Notes: a model not told the origin generated them from the sequence alone. A stretch of DNA of 64,000 nucleotides from Hamiltosporidium tvaerminnensis FI-OER-3-3 (GCA_022605425.2 JAKIMF020000007.1:1-64000); one strand, 5' to 3'. Shown: positions 11,561 through 26,289, numbered from the stretch's first letter. Made by a program: numbers and translations.

Positions 11561-14500
11561 AGAAATTTTTAATAAATATAAAGAAATTATTTTTAGAAAA
11601 AAAAAAAATCTTGGTGGATTTAATGCAAAGCAAAAACCAAAATATTAAAAAATATAAGGGTTTTATGAGGTTTTAATTTTTATTTTCTTGTTTCTAGAAT
11701 TCATCACTTTATCAGTATAATTTTATTTTAGTTATTTCACTTTCATATATAATCAATAAAACATTTTATCAATTTTTTATTGAAATTTTTAAAATTTTGT
11801 TTCTTCGCTAAAGATTTATATGTTTAAACAATTAATCCGTTCAGTACATGGATATATTCTATAAATACCAAAAAAAATTCTAATTCTCATAAATAGCGTC
11901 TATCTAAATCTATAAAATTATTTAAATGTACTTTTGCATGCTAAAATCATAAATATTGGTTTTTTGTATGTCTTAGAATAAACAATCTATTTTAATTGTT
12001 TTAGTATTCTTTAGTTAACTCATAACGTTCTAATATATAATCAGAATTAAAAAACCGGAATAAAAACTACAAAAAAAAATATTCATAGAATTAAAAAACA
12101 CATAAGAACTTATTTATCAACCAGTTTTTGATATTAAATAGAAATTTACACTGAAGACATTGCTTAGTATGAAATAGTTAAATAAGAGCTTCGACATATA
12201 AAACTATTTAAGATACCTCAAATTGAAAATTTAACACTCTAATATTTCTAATATTATCTTTCTGAACATTTTCTCTATGCTTGGTATGTAATATTTTCTA
12301 GGGTCTTTTTTATTTAATCCAATGAATTATTTAGTTTACTGCTATACTTTCAAAAATAACGCAAAAAAGATGTTAATAACAACACAATATAAAATAATAA
12401 TTAAAGTATTTAATTTGCAATATTTTAATTATTAAAATATTAAAATCTAATTAATCAGAAAAACTTGCTTTTTTAAAAGTTTAAATATAGTACATGTTTA
12501 TATAAAACAAGGTGAAGAGCTGATAAACATTAAAAACGATTTTGTGGGCAATAAGTGTGTGAAATTGTTGTGAAAATAATTGTTGACAATTTGGGTTGAC
12601 AAAACCACATTGAAACTATAGGCTAGCTTCATATATTCCTGGGTTAAAATAGATTAAAAGAGCAATTGTAAAATTTCCAGTTGTTATCCTTGACACCGAG
12701 AAGTAAAAGAGGAATGTAATATTTAAACTATGTTTGATTTTATTTTTAGACTATATTTTTCATTAATTTTACTCACACAAATATCTAATAGAAATAAAAT
12801 CAATTTCTACTGACTTTTGTGATCAGAAACTATGAAATTTCGGTAAGTCTTCATCATTTTCATTATCATGTACTATATTTTGCAATTTTATTAAATTAGT
12901 ATCTGATTTTTAAAATAAATTCTAAATTATAGAAAAATAAAGGTAATCTCCACTATTTCTCTCCAATAAAGATGTGAAACACTTACCTCAATTTAAGCGA
13001 TTTTTTATTTTGATTTTAATTTGTTAAGAAGGAATACTTTTATTTCGAAAATAAAAGTAAACCACTGTAATAATAAATAAAAAAATTTCCTACTATAATG
13101 CAAATTTAAATAAATGGATTACCAAAGAAAAAAATGCTTTGAAACTAAAGGGTTTTTTTAAAAACTAGTTGGGTTTGTTTATTTCTGAAACCATGGTTCT
13201 TGGTTTATAGAGCTACTATCTTATTAGACTTAGTAGTTAGAATAAAAATTTATTACTACTTGTGTTTTTTTCTCTAAAACCTAATCAATAATTTTTGTTT
13301 CTAAAAAAGCCGTATTGATAAGTTAGTAAAAGTTTTTCTTGGTATTCTATGCTTCCATCGTTTTGAATAGCTAAATTTCTCAAAATAAATGATCAACAAA
13401 TACTTTAAATTTAGAAAAATTATTATCTGAAGTAAATGCAAATGTGGCTAGAAATGAAATCCCCTATTTAGGTTTTACCTATAATTTCTTTGTAATATAT
13501 CTGTAACTTCTGATTAAAAATTGATTTTTTAACTATCTCAAGACAAATTCTAAAATATTAAAAACATCCTTTTTATATATAGTATATGAACGAAAAGTGT
13601 ATATTTTTTAAAAAAGTAAAAGACTACATTGGAATCCAAGAAGGATTTTTAAAATTTTTGTTAATTATACTTTTTTTTCGAAATTCTTTATCTTCTTTAT
13701 AAATAATATATAAGAAATATGAATTTCTCTAGTAATATCTGTTTAAAAAGTTTTAAATTTTATAGATAATTTCATATTAAACGATTTTTTATCGTTGAAA
13801 AAGTTCTTTTTCTACTGTGATGTAAGATTTTGTTCTTTGTGAGTATTATTCACGAAATTTTTATACCTATTGTGTAAATAGAATATAAGACTATAGAAAT
13901 TTTTATTGAGAGGAATGAAATCACAGATATTAGTACTATTTTTTATAGAAACATTTAAATGCGTTATATAGTACTGATAAACCGCAACAAATCTGATATA
14001 ACACTTAAGATTTTAAAAAACAAATATAATCATTTAAAATAATGACAAGTTTCATGTATAGTTTACAATTTAAAATAAATATAAGAATAGATAATTTATG
14101 ATCTAAAAATGTAAATGCTGGTCTTCTCAAAATATCGAATAACATCATTATGTTACCATGATTTTAAATAGCAATTATTTTTTAAAATTATATTAAAGAA
14201 AAAAAAAAAAATTCTTATAGTAAAACCCTAAGCCAGGTTTACCTGTGCCTTTAAAAATCGTATAAAGTCTTGGTACAAAAAAAATATAAATAATAGATAT
14301 AAAAAAAGATCTAGAAAAATATATTTTGCTTAAATTCCTATAAATCATTATAGGAACAAAAATAAATCAAAATTACATATTTGAATCAGCATTTTCATCG
14401 TCTTACAGTTTGCTGTTACAAATATTTCAATTATTCTATATTATAAATTCAAGGACTTACTCCTGATTTTTTGTTTTAATAAATTTCTAACTGCAATTAA

Positions 14501-15660
14501 ATTACAATGTGATTATATACTATTCCATTGTCTTTTTAGGTTTTTTTCTTTTATATTAGACGAACAATTGCAAATATTAATTTTTCCTCCTCAATTTTTT
14601 TATTTGACATTTAAGAAAGATCTCAAGTTTATTAACGAAATTTCTGATATCTTAAGTTGCATCATAATTTTATGATTTTTTTTGTTTTAAATTTGAATAC
14701 AAAATGAAATATCTGAAAATTCATCTTAAATTTGAGATATCCCGAAATGCCAAATATAAAAAAGTGAGGATGAAAAAATCTTTAGCTTTAAAGTTTCAAT
14801 CATAAAAGAAATAAACTCTTGGTTTATTTTTTTCTTCTGGTATTTCGGATTGCATTAAAACGGTTTTAAAATCTAAGAATATAAATAAACCGCAGAAACA
14901 TATATATATGAAGGGAGGTAAACCATTTTATTATATTATAGTTCTTTTTTACTTTATTTAACTTTTTTTCTATTACAATTTAAAATACTTACTTTTTTCC
15001 TAATTCAATATCTTTTATAATGCAATTTTCGCATTAAGTTTTTTCTTTTTCGTTAGATTAATAAATTCAGAAGTGATTTTAGAATCCTACTTACTTTATA
15101 TATGACGTTTAGAAAGATCTTGGTTTAAAGAACGAATTTTCCGATATTTTAATCTGCATCATAATTTTATGAATTTTTTTTTGTTGCAAATTTGATTACA
15201 AAATGAAATATCCAAAAATTCAGCTTTAAACTAAGATCTTTCTAAATACCATTTCCAAAAAAGTGAGGATAAGAAAAACTTTCGACCAAACGCGTTTCTT
15301 ATTAAATCACTAAACCTTTCGATTGTTGCATGCTCGTATAAATGCTGCAATAGCGTAAAAACTTTTTAAGGATGTAATAATATCAGTATTTTTCAAAAAA
15401 TTATCAATATTTGAATAAATTTATACCCTTTGCTCTGTTTTATTGATTACATTCAGTATCATCAGCTATTTTGCATTCTTTGATTTTTTAAATATAAGAA
15501 ATAACTTATATCAGCGGATAAAGTGGAGAGATATTTCATAAGGAGGGGTACTTTTTAAAAAATTTATATTTTAATTTTTTTTCAAATAAAGTTACATTGG
15601 TTAATTAAATTTACGGGTCAACTGGTTTATCTTAAAATTGATTTTTTTTCTAATTGCTAA
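8430..15660. repeat. Segmental duplication (about 7.2-7.6 kb), copy 1; direct partner about 30341-37940
   Basis: Colinear anchors: GTAGACGTTTATTCTAATTC (9398/31307), GGCGTTGTGCT (about 11323/33241), CTAATATATAATCAGAATT (12030/33957), AAAAGTTTTTCTTGGTAT (about 13328/36118), CTTTCGATTGTTGCATGCTC (about 15316/37603), ATATTTCATAAGGAGG (15531/about 37813). Confidence 0.9.
14400..15400. repeat. Local tandem duplication, period about 496 nt (single copy at about 37200-37680 in the partner segment)
   Basis: AAGATCT...GCATCATAATTTTATGA...ACAAAATGAAATATC...AAAAAAGTGAGGAT occurs at about 14617-14772 and again at about 15114-15270, but only once at about 37405-37558. Confidence 0.85.
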
Positions 15661-15664
15661 GGCC

Positions 15665-16370
15665 ATAATGGAGAGAGAATAACTACATTAAGTTTGTTTT
15701 ACTGGAAAATGAAAGATGAAGGGTATGAGTGAGTTCATTGTTATATCTTTAAGTTCCTAAAACACTACACTACATTTTTAGGGTTCCATGGCTGTTCTTA
15801 TTCAAAAAAAAGGATCTATAAATTTGCGAAACTTTTTCTATAAAATATTTTGTGGTTTTTTATGTGGCTAGATATTAGACATCAATTGAACTTGTAGTTA
15901 ATCGCTATGTGAAAAGATAGAGACTTATTCATACATATCTGAGGTTTAAGACTTACCGTAAAGAGATAGAAATTAAATTATTCTGAAACCGGGAAGCGAT
16001 GTATCATGTTATACATCTTGGTATGGGTTGCACTGTCCAGATGAGCCAGTTTAAGTCGCCGAAATATATCTTAGCTAGCTTTTTTTAGCTTACGTGTGTG
16101 TGATATATGGGAAAATCCTGCATAAGGTCGAAAGGTTAAGTTCTAGTTTTGGTTTTCATTCAATCCAATCAAAACAAAAATTAACAAACACTGCGCAAAC
16201 CTTTTCCCTATTAAATAGATCATATATACCTTATAAATGAAAGCCTAATAAAGGGTATCGTAAGTGGTACAGATAGTGTGGTGGGGATGCTGTCACATAT
16301 GTTAAACTCAGAACTGCGTGAATGTCATCAAAAAAATTTATACTAGGGACTGTGTAAAAAAGAGGTAATG
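15665..16370 (-). mobile_element. LINE APE-endonuclease fragment (decayed)
   Basis: GC-richer island. The minus strand reads IYFGDLNWL (GDLN at 16060-16049, cf. GDFN), followed by TTSSIDV*YL (about 15895, cf. SRIDY). It starts where the 7.4-kb duplication ends. Confidence 0.55.
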
Positions 16371-16439
16371 ATTTTAAATTATTCTATGTATTAGTTTATA
16401 CAGAAATATATTTTTTTTCCAAAACCGAGATAGTCTGTT

Positions 16440-19400
16440 ATTATAAATTTGTAATATTGTTTTGTTATTTTCATTTACCGCTTATTTTTGTTTAAGTTAT
16501 CTTTTCTTTTATATCTTGTTGTTCATTGTTAAAAAAATTATTCTGATTTTGAAAGGTATGTATGGTACCATTTATCGAGCTATTAATTATTTAATGAAAT
16601 AAATCTTATTAAACTGCACTGTTTTTTTTTAATTTCAATATCCAAAGTTTCTTTTATTTTACACTGCAATTTATAATTCACCTAGCATAACATATTATTC
16701 TTTTTAAACTATACGGTTTTTATTTATACTAAATACTTTTCTTGCTTATAATTTGTATTACATTTTATTTTTCTACGGAGTTTCAGAAGAGTGCAATTTA
16801 AGGCGTGTGAAATGTGTGATATTAATAACACCAACAAATATTGCTTGGTTGTTCGATTCAATTCATTACACAATAATTTTTTTAAAAATTCAAAATTTAG
16901 ATGTTTTATTAAAAAATATTATTTGGAATACTATGTACTTTCGCTAAAGGGATATACATGGGATATAAATTTTAGTAAGTTTTTTTATTCATTTTTTTGA
17001 TAACTTTGTCACTTCTTCTGTATTAAGTCATATATTTTGTTCTAAATTAAATTTATAACATATTAAAAACTTGATTTGTATGTTTATTACATACTTAAAA
17101 TAATTTACTTGTTGTTATCATATATTTTTTAAGTTTAACTATAATATGTTGGCTTTTAATTAAAGAAAAATATATTTATATTGTAAACTTGTTAGTTTAG
17201 ATCATTAGTGGTAGATTTCAGTTGCTATTTTGTCACGTAAGTTTATATTGTATAAAATCTGTCTAGTTTTTTCTGTAATATCAACTAGTATATATTTCAT
17301 ATTTTATGTTCTATATGAAATTAGTATTGTTTATAGCTGTTAAGATAAAATATTTCTTTTTTACAAAAAAAATTGTACCATTTCAAATTTTATTTACAAT
17401 TATCGAACTTTTATTCTTTTACGTGGAAAATTTTAGTTAGGTATTTATTTTATTAATGTTTTTTTAGTTTTGAATTTTCACTTGTATAGAGTCGGTTAAG
17501 ATAAACCTTATTTTAATTCTATTTTTAATGTTTTTTTTCATATTTCTTGTTTTTTTATTCTAATTTTCTGTTTTAAATTGTTCCTATATTTTTTATATAT
17601 TTCTTTTGTTATTCCCTTACCAAGTTATAATGGTTGCTCATGCAGCAGTTTTTCTAATTATAAAACAATTCTGGCCACTTTAATCTTGTCTTGTTTTAGT
17701 AAAGTAATACTTAGTTCTAAATAAATTATGATTTTACTATACTTTGATGTAATTTATTAATTTTATACTAATTTAATATTCATTTACCATTAAATTCGTT
17801 GATTCATATCAATATGTTATATTCGAAGGTATACGTTAGTATTTTCTTCTCTTATATGATTTTTGAGTGTTAAGTCTAATAAACTTATAAATTTACCATA
17901 ATTGGAAGTTTTTGTGCGTAAGGTATTAAGTGCTTTTTTATGGTCATTTAGAACATTTTAACTATTAAAACCTTAACTGATTATCTTTAAATAATATTTT
18001 TTAATCTTAGTCATAATACGTTGTGTTTGAACTAAATATGGCCGTATTAAATTTTGTAAAATTGTTTCCAAAAGCTATTAATACATTGAGTAAAACTATG
18101 ATCATATATGTATTCATACATAACTTTGGATTTCTATATAACCTCATATTAGTTACCTTTCTTAAATTTGAGCGAATTGCTTTGTATTATATATGTATTG
18201 CTTTTTGGTTTAAAAAGAATATAGAGCTATGTAAACGAAAGATATATCTGCGAAAAAATATTTACATTGCATGTATAATAATTTCAAGAAAATTTATTAA
18301 AAATGTAATACTATTGAATTTGGTGAAATAAAATGCTATTTTTTAGATTTATATAGTCATTAAGTTATTTTTACTAAATCATATAATTGTATTAGAGAAT
18401 TTTGATATTTGATTCATCTCAATATATTCATATAAGAATTTCGTTTTAAACTATTAACTCATATTCGACCAATTTAGAACATAAATTTTTATATTTGTAA
18501 AGATATTACTAAGTTTTCTATTATTTTATATTTTTATTAGACTTAAGTAATATTTTACTCTAATTATCTAAAGAATTAAATTTAAAAAAATTGAATAGTA
18601 CATAATATGTCTCGAACTGATAATCTTGTTCTTTTTATACTACTTCAAAATTACGACTACATTTCATTATCTGTTTTTATATTAATTGATTCTTAATTTC
18701 AATGTTTTTAATTCATCTACCTAGGTTAAATACAATTTCTACAACTATTTTATAAATGGTATGGTTATCTATATATTCTTGGATTTTTTAGATCTTTAAC
18801 TTTCTTATGAAGCAATTCAGATTCACACGAAAAACAAGTCAAATAAAGAATAATTTAGATAATATTTTAATTTGGTATAAAGATTGAATAAATCTTTAAT
18901 AAATATATTTAACTATAAGCTAAATTAATTTAAATCATTTTTAATATTTACTTTGCTAAATAAATATAAAGTTACATACAATTCTTTACATAATTAAGAA
19001 ATACCTATACTAGTGGGAATTACAAGGTATTAATATCACTTTGATATCTAATTATATTTATAGGTGGATATAAAATCAAAAGGATTAAAACTTAGTCTTA
19101 TAATTAATGGAAACAAGTATTTGTAATTCAAAAATAAAATTTCTATGATTGTGTTTGTTAGTTAAGAGATTATACTATCCAAATTACGATTTGTCTATTA
19201 AAATATAAAATGTAAGACAATTGACTATTAAAAATTACAAAAACTATAAATAGTGTTGAGTTTTTTAATGATGTGACATCTTCTAAGAGTGAGTTATGAA
19301 TATCTTGGTATGAAACTTAATACCTCTTTTATTTTAAAGAATTGAACCTAAATTTGAAGCCATAGAAACATATTCCGCAATCAACTGATATAATTACTAG

Positions 19401-19920
19401 AATATTCGCAGCTTGATTTTTATATCTTACAGACCTAGGCTGTTTTAAGGTGAAGATTGGGTTTTGTAAGTTTAATTAAATGTATTCTTATTATGATTCA
19501 AACGGTAGTGTCAAAAAACTTATAAATCCTGTTTAAAGTCAGAGGTACACGTTAGTGAATGAATTCACTTAGAATATATTGCTAGATAACTTACCAATAT
19601 CATTAACTTTAATTGCAATTACAATAAGCTAAAGGCAGAAAGCTTTTTATGGAACGCAATTGCTAATCTGAAGAATCGCTGTGAAGATGTATATCATAAC
19701 GAAGAAAAGATAAATTAATGTCTTTAATTTGTAGGTATACTTTTTAGAAAACCAATAACTTTTATTTACTTTTGATAAAAACACGTTATTCTGTTAAATT
19801 ATTTGCCTATTTCTTGTAAAAGTATAAAAAAAATTATTTGTTCTTTATGATATATGATTGAAGTGTAGGCTCTAACATATAGTTGTATTATTTTTGAATA
19901 AATATGTTTTTCTGTTTTTT
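16440..19920. repeat. Segmental duplication (about 3.5 kb) carrying A2 and its 3' flank; direct partner about 46200-49690
   Basis: Anchors: AAAACTATACGGTTT-like (about 16706/46470), ATGTCTCGAACTGATAA (18607/48393), AAATAAAATTTCTATGATT (about 19132/48910), CTTAGAATATATTGCTAGATAAC (19568/49350), GTGTAGGCTCTA (19863/49640). Confidence 0.85.
17400..19920 (-). pseudogene. Family A copy A2 (5' end lost near an RT-like insertion at about 19950)
   Basis: Contains the 38-nt block (17877-17913, one base deleted), an AFGNNFTKFNTAIF exon remnant, and minus-strand donors GTAACT at 18156 and GTAAGT at 19594. Confidence 0.7.
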
Positions 19921-19949
19921 TTAGCAAAAAGTTTATTTATTGATTAAAT

Positions 19950-20575
19950 TACATGTCGGTGCGCACAAATGAGACAATGCCGCCGTATACATATGGATGA
20001 TGCACTTTACATCGATGAGTAGAAAAGAAGCAGACCTTGGTCCCCCACTGACTAAATGGTAAATTATGGAGGCACTAACAGCTTTTATTAAATTTATTGA
20101 TAGGATTATCTTATGCTAAAGTACTAGCCCACAAAGCGCGTTCGAAATATACCGAGTCATACCGAAGTGGAGGGAGTAGATGTAGTTCTTTCGCGGGTGC
20201 TATGTTTATGGAGTTCTGGTATGTTTAGAAAACTTCAATCTTTTTAAATAAAATTATCTATATCCAAACCCTGCTTGAAATAAATAGAAGCTATAATTAA
20301 GTTTGGTGATGATAAATAGGTGTAAAGACATTACGAGAATATAATTGATTTGAAAAACAAAAGAGGTGTTGCAGTGGAAAAAAATTTCGAATTTAAAAAG
20401 TTCGGAACATGAAAAGATAATTAAAGCTTACTGCTACCTTAGAAAGAGACTTTACAAACTTTCGCTGTTTTACACTAATATTATTTGTTATATACCGAAG
20501 TGTAGTATATTAACAGAAAATTATTTAAGATATTTTCCTTTGGGATTCAAAAAAAGGCAATGTAGAAAGTGAAAT
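19950..20575 (+). mobile_element. Probable RT fragment of a non-LTR element
   Basis: Sharp rise in GC. HMDDALY at 19990 (cf. YxDD) and FWYV* about 75 codons later (cf. FxYLG). It interrupts family A homology. Confidence 0.4.
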
Positions 20576-22199
20576 AATTTATTAAAGTTTGGCATTTTAT
20601 TATATTTTTATTTTATTCCATCATATTTTTATTTCTTAATTTCAGAAATTTTATTTCTCAAATTCTCATAAATTATTTCTAAACTTTTTAAATTTTTTCT
20701 ACTTTTTTTTCTTAATTCTTTTTTTCTTAGATTCTATGTTTTAATTTCTTGATTTTTTCCTAAGTTTTAATTTTTTTATTTTGAAATTAATTTCTCTATA
20801 AATTTTTTTTCGTTTATAAAAAATTCTGATTTAAGTAGTTCAAATGAGACAAAAGTTATATCATACAAGTAAAAGTAAAAGTAAAAATTTAAAAATTGAA
20901 GAAATAAAGAGTTTAATGAAATATAATTAATGCTAAATTGTATTTTATTCTCTTTTTTTCTTTTATTTTACTATACCACACCAAAAAAATTATAGAAGCA
21001 ATACAATTTAAGGAAATAGAAAATTAGTATTACTTTCCGCGGCACATATTCTAATTAAAATATTTCTCCATTCTTAAAAAAAAACTTCAGAACGTTTTTT
21101 TTTTTTCTAAAATTAAGATTTCACCAAGTCAATGAAGGTTTTCTATAAAATGCCACAACCGAAATGTATTATTTGTTCTACATATATCAAAAATTATATA
21201 AGCAGAGAAGTTGAGGTAGTGTTTTATAAATCTACTTTGTTTCTAAGTATATATTTGGATAAAATTCTGTTTTATGTAGATATGCTTTATCACTTTGTTC
21301 CTATTGCGTTGTTCAGAGGTCTTTTACTAAATATAATCTACTTTTCTTTTCTTAAATAAATTCGGTTTGTATTTAAATGGGGTTAAAAGGATTATTTTAT
21401 AATAGATTTGTAGTTAATCTATTTTTTTACGTTTTTGGTTTTTAAAAACTTTTCGTTTGTTATATGAAACCAGTAAAAATTGTAAAAAAATGCAAAAATA
21501 AAATAAAAACTTTAGTAAAATACAAATTCTCAAATATATAGAAAGAAAAGAAAAATGATTTGAATTATATTTTATTTGAAATATTTATATATAAATATTA
21601 AGGCTTGAAATAACTTAAAAAAACTATTCTCTGAAATTATTCTAGCAAAAAATATGCAAAAATTTAAATTTGAAGTTTTATGAAGACAGAAAGAAAAGAA
21701 TTGCGGATTTATCAATTTAAACCTCTACTTTGGGTTTTCTTTGGGATTAACAAAGGTTTTTTCGCATTTTTAAATGTATGCTAGAACTTGTATTGAAATA
21801 TCGTGTGCAGTGTATTGATGAAGAATTTTTGGGAATTGTACTTCTTAAGTATCGCAAGAAGAAATGTTTTTTTAACTAAACTTAGAAATATCAGGAAGTG
21901 GGTATTATAGTCTATTCTTTTTTCTTCGTTACTTCATGGGGTTAAAATTTTAGTTCAACTAATTCTTTTTGTACTTTTATGTTTTTTTCAAAGAAAAAAT
22001 AAATTTTTAGTAACTTTTCTGAAGTAATTTCAACCAGTACTTTTATTTTTAATTTCTATTTAGATGTTTTTTTTGAAAAAATTTATCAAAGTACGTGAAA
22101 ACTTATTTTATTCAAATAAAATAAAAGAAAGTTGAATTGAAATTTTATAAATTAAAGACTTTGCTGTTAAAAAATGAGCCTTGTATAGACCACTATTTT

Positions 22200-25100
22200 C
22201 GTTTTTTAAGAAATTTAATAAAAAATAATATATCAGTTATTGTTGTTTAATAGAAATTTGGCTGTAATGTTATTCTAAGACATACTTTTATAATTAATTC
22301 ACTATAAAACATGTGCATTGATCATTTTTTAGGTTGGTAGTAATATCACATTAAATTTGGGTTCAATAAGATGAAAATATCTAAGTAGGAGTTCTGCTGA
22401 TGTAACAAATCATAAATAAAAAATTTTACTATAAGCTTTAAATACAATATATGTTTACGGTTAAATGGATATCACGATACAAAAAATTTTAATCTGCGCA
22501 TGCATGAAATCTTTTTAGGTTATGATTCCTGCCGGTTCTAAGTACTACTAAGATTTAGCGTCGGTTTCGAATCAAAAAAAGGTTTTGAAGTATATGTACG
22601 CTGCAAATTAGTTAATATGGAAAGTTCAAAGGTTCGAAACCTTTCGAAGAAATAGAAAAACCAAGAATAAAATTCGTGATCTGGAATGGAATCAAAGGTT
22701 TTCCTATCCAAAACGATAAAGGTGAGAATTGATGAAACCCAAACTATTATGTACGTAATAAGCTTCTTTGGAATGAGCAATAAAAGTACGGGAAAAAAAC
22801 CCAAATCATCTTCGATCTTATATCAGCAATTGATGAAGATCATTTAGCAGAGAGAAAGCGAAAAATATTTGCAAGGTGTTACTTAAGAAAAAAAGAGCCA
22901 CTAAAAGTAACAGACCCAGAAATCACTAAAAAGACAGTGGGAAAAGCTGTATAAATAATAGAAGCACCTAAAATCTATGAGAAGAATAAGGTACGGATAT
23001 AATCGAAAGTAGTTACACGAGGGTGCGATCGCACAAGTTTTAGCTAGGAATCTTTTTTTCAAATCAATAAATATATTTTTATATACTTTAGGGTATTAGA
23101 AGGAATAGAACATTGATATAAGCCTATCTTTGAGATCCATTGATTATTAAATTAAAATACGTGATAAATTAAGATTTTCTGACATAGAAAACATTTGATC
23201 CTACTATAAATAAAAAATTAAAAATGATGTATTGATGTTTTTAAAGACTAACCGCGCACCTATTAAGAGAGAGTCCTGGATCAGATAATAGAAGAAACCT
23301 TATTTGACTACACTAAAAGGAAGAATTGAAAACATTTTTGAACGAAATAGAAATATAAAAAAAATAGAAATAAAAAGTTAAAAAAATTTAAGTGCGATTT
23401 TTCAATTTTCAAGGGTAGAACTTGTGAGTTTCTTGAAAACGCTAATATAAGAAGCGGTAATATTAGCTCGGGTCAAACAATATTAATAAAATTAGTTTCT
23501 TAAATATTGGTAGTATTTATAATATACAAGTTAAAAAAAAATAATTTTTAGATGTAAATAATTTTGGCATAGATGCATTGGCTGAAAAGTGGCGATATAC
23601 GTTAGAAAATTAAAATCCAGATTATATGGTAATTGCCTGTAAGAAATCTGAAAAAAATAAATAAACAGGTTTTCTAATTCTGAGGAAATGTTGGTGTTAT
23701 CGGAAAAATTAATTTAATATAGTATAATTAAAGATTTGACTAAATTCGGTGTTTGTATCAAGGTACAAAAATATATTCTAATTTTCATTTACAAGTCACG
23801 TTTAAATAATGCAGTACATTTACGAAAGGCTAAGATAAGAAAATTGCTGATATGAAGATATAAAACTAAGGGGCTACAATCTGGATAATGCAGTTGCATA
23901 CGAACAATTTGTTCTCTAAAAGCACGCTGATTTTGGATCTTATGAAATGAAAATATATTCTTTTACTTTTTAAGCACTAGAATAATGTTCTACCTTAACA
24001 TATGTACTTTTCAAACTTTAGGGTAAGACCGGAACTTCATAAAATTAAAATTTTTATTGAACTGATAAATGTGTTTTTGAATAAAGCTAATTTTACATTA
24101 AATTCTAAGTTTAATACTAACTAATTAAAAGATGAGACGCTAAGAAAACTTTTAAGCAATAAAATTTAAGTTTGAACTTCTAGAAATGAATTTCTGTTGA
24201 ACTAATTACCGAATAAAGAAAAACTTAAATTATTGCGTGATATTAAATTCAAGCATCGATGAGTTTACAAATAAAAGACAAGTTTCTCATAAACTGCACA
24301 ACCCTATCATAGCATATTTAATCAGAATCTGAACGAGCTGTGAGAATGATAACTGACTTAAATTCTAAAGAAATTTAAGAGTTGATCGAAAAAATTAAAG
24401 GGAGATTAGTTATTTAGATATAGCTAATTCTAATATTAGAATTCAAATCGTACACCGCGTTGGTTTTGTAAGGTTGTTCAGAGTAGTAAGAAAGGAACGC
24501 GTGTGTTGGTAAATAAATACGAAGATTATGGGATAGTTGTGAGTAACAACAATTTATTATTCTGTTGACACTATATAAAGATACAGTTAAAAAATTAATG
24601 ACAGTCTTAATTATTATCAAAGAGATAAAGGGGATAGTTTAGTTAGTATAATCTTATGTTGAATTTGAAAAAGGAAATAAAGCTACTACGGCCTATTAAG
24701 TCTGGAGTTATTTTAGGAGAAAAATGCACTTTTATAAACATGTTCATATATATATTTCTTCATTTAAATAATTATTTTAATTATTTTATTTTTTTGCGAG
24801 AAGTACCAAAGGCGTGAAAACTAAATACAGTGACAGCAATAAAAAGGAGAAATAAATTATACGGGAATCTCGCACTAATGAAAAAATAGTAAATTGTTTG
24901 AGAAGAGCATATTTACAAAATTCGGTTCGTTTTATAAATGAAAAAAACCAGTTACACACGGAATAACATAACCTTTACCAATAGCCTCCGGATAGAACAT
25001 ATTTTAGAAAGTGGTAGTGATATTTTTCGTAACAATCAATATGAAATCAGCTATGAAACGATCAAAAAAGAAGTTTGTAAAAGAACCTTATTTTGTATCA

Positions 25101-26255
25101 AGAGTTTATTCCGAAGGATACTCTATTGATTGCAGAATTACTTCAGAATAAAAGACATTCATTGATAAAGTATAATCGAAAAACAAAATTTACTACGGTT
25201 TGCAACGAGTTACCGCAAAGAACTGGGATATTCTTAAGTTTGTTCGATATTGTTCTTGATTAGTTGATTTTCTATGTCTCTTCTCAGCTGAGGAATAATA
25301 TATTTAGCTATGCAGAAGATGTTTTGCTTTTTAGCAGTAGTTTGAAACAGATTAAGAAGAATATCAGATGCATTCAAAGCCCTTCATCTAATAATGCATA
25401 TATTTTGAAAGAAAAGAACTACTCTTATAATTGCTGAAATATGATTAAAATATTTATTAATAATATTAGTGTTGAAAACCAATGCCTTTTCAAGTATCTT
25501 GATATGAATTTTATTTAAAAGCGTTGATACAAATTTTACTGTCAGAAAAACAAGAAAAAAGGATTTAAAAGCTGCAATTGTATTAATAAATGTCTTCTGA
25601 GAAAAATAGGTGAAAATAACTGCAAAATCTTCTAAACTCGTGTTGAGAGGCTATGTTGGGATGTTTAGACTTATATTAGATTATCAATTCTTAATTTTCT
25701 TGGCTCATAGCACGTTTTCTTAGCAACGGAGAGAATTCGCATGTTTCTTGAAGTACTGTTTGGGGATGTTTTATAAAACACCCAGTATTTTTCCATATGC
25801 TCTACTACTATAGAAACAAGTTAGCAAAGGTCCGTGCGTCTACTCCTTCCCCTGGCTTTATATTTATTTATGATAAAAATATATGTATGTTTGAGGAATT
25901 AAATGAAAATAATACTAAAATTATTGTTATATTAAAACTATATCACTATTATTTTTTTAAACTAAAGTGATTCCTAAGTAAATGTTGAAGGATTTTAAAT
26001 AAGCGTGAATTCCGGGAACAAAAGAATATCCAAAGATATCAACATCGTGCGTTATTATGATGTAAAGAGAATTACTAATTGTGGCTTTAAGGCATTTATG
26101 GAATATGTAAGAAGACAAAATAGGATGATTTTGACGCTGTTATTCGTTTCTTCGGAAAGAAAGACTGAAAATTACTATTTTTTATGTTGGTATCATGCTC
26201 TACTAACATGGAACGTGTCTAATTTGTTTAATAATACGAAATTTGAGTTTTAAAT
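22200..26255 (+). mobile_element. Near full-length decayed LINE-like retrotransposon (ORF1-like region, endonuclease region, RT, C-terminus)
   Basis: RT motifs in order: KGEINYTGISH (24843-24875, cf. KGD..NYRxISL); FVTINMKSA/YETI (about 25026-25063, cf. DxKxAYD); then in one frame ELPQRTGIFLSLFDIVLD (25207-25260), YAEDVLL (25309, cf. YADD) and FKYLDMNF (25489, cf. FKYLG). A mostly open ORF1-like frame lies at about 22550-22900. Confidence 0.85.
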
Positions 26256-26289
26256 AAAGCTAAAGCGTAAAGTATTTTTAATTTTTCTA

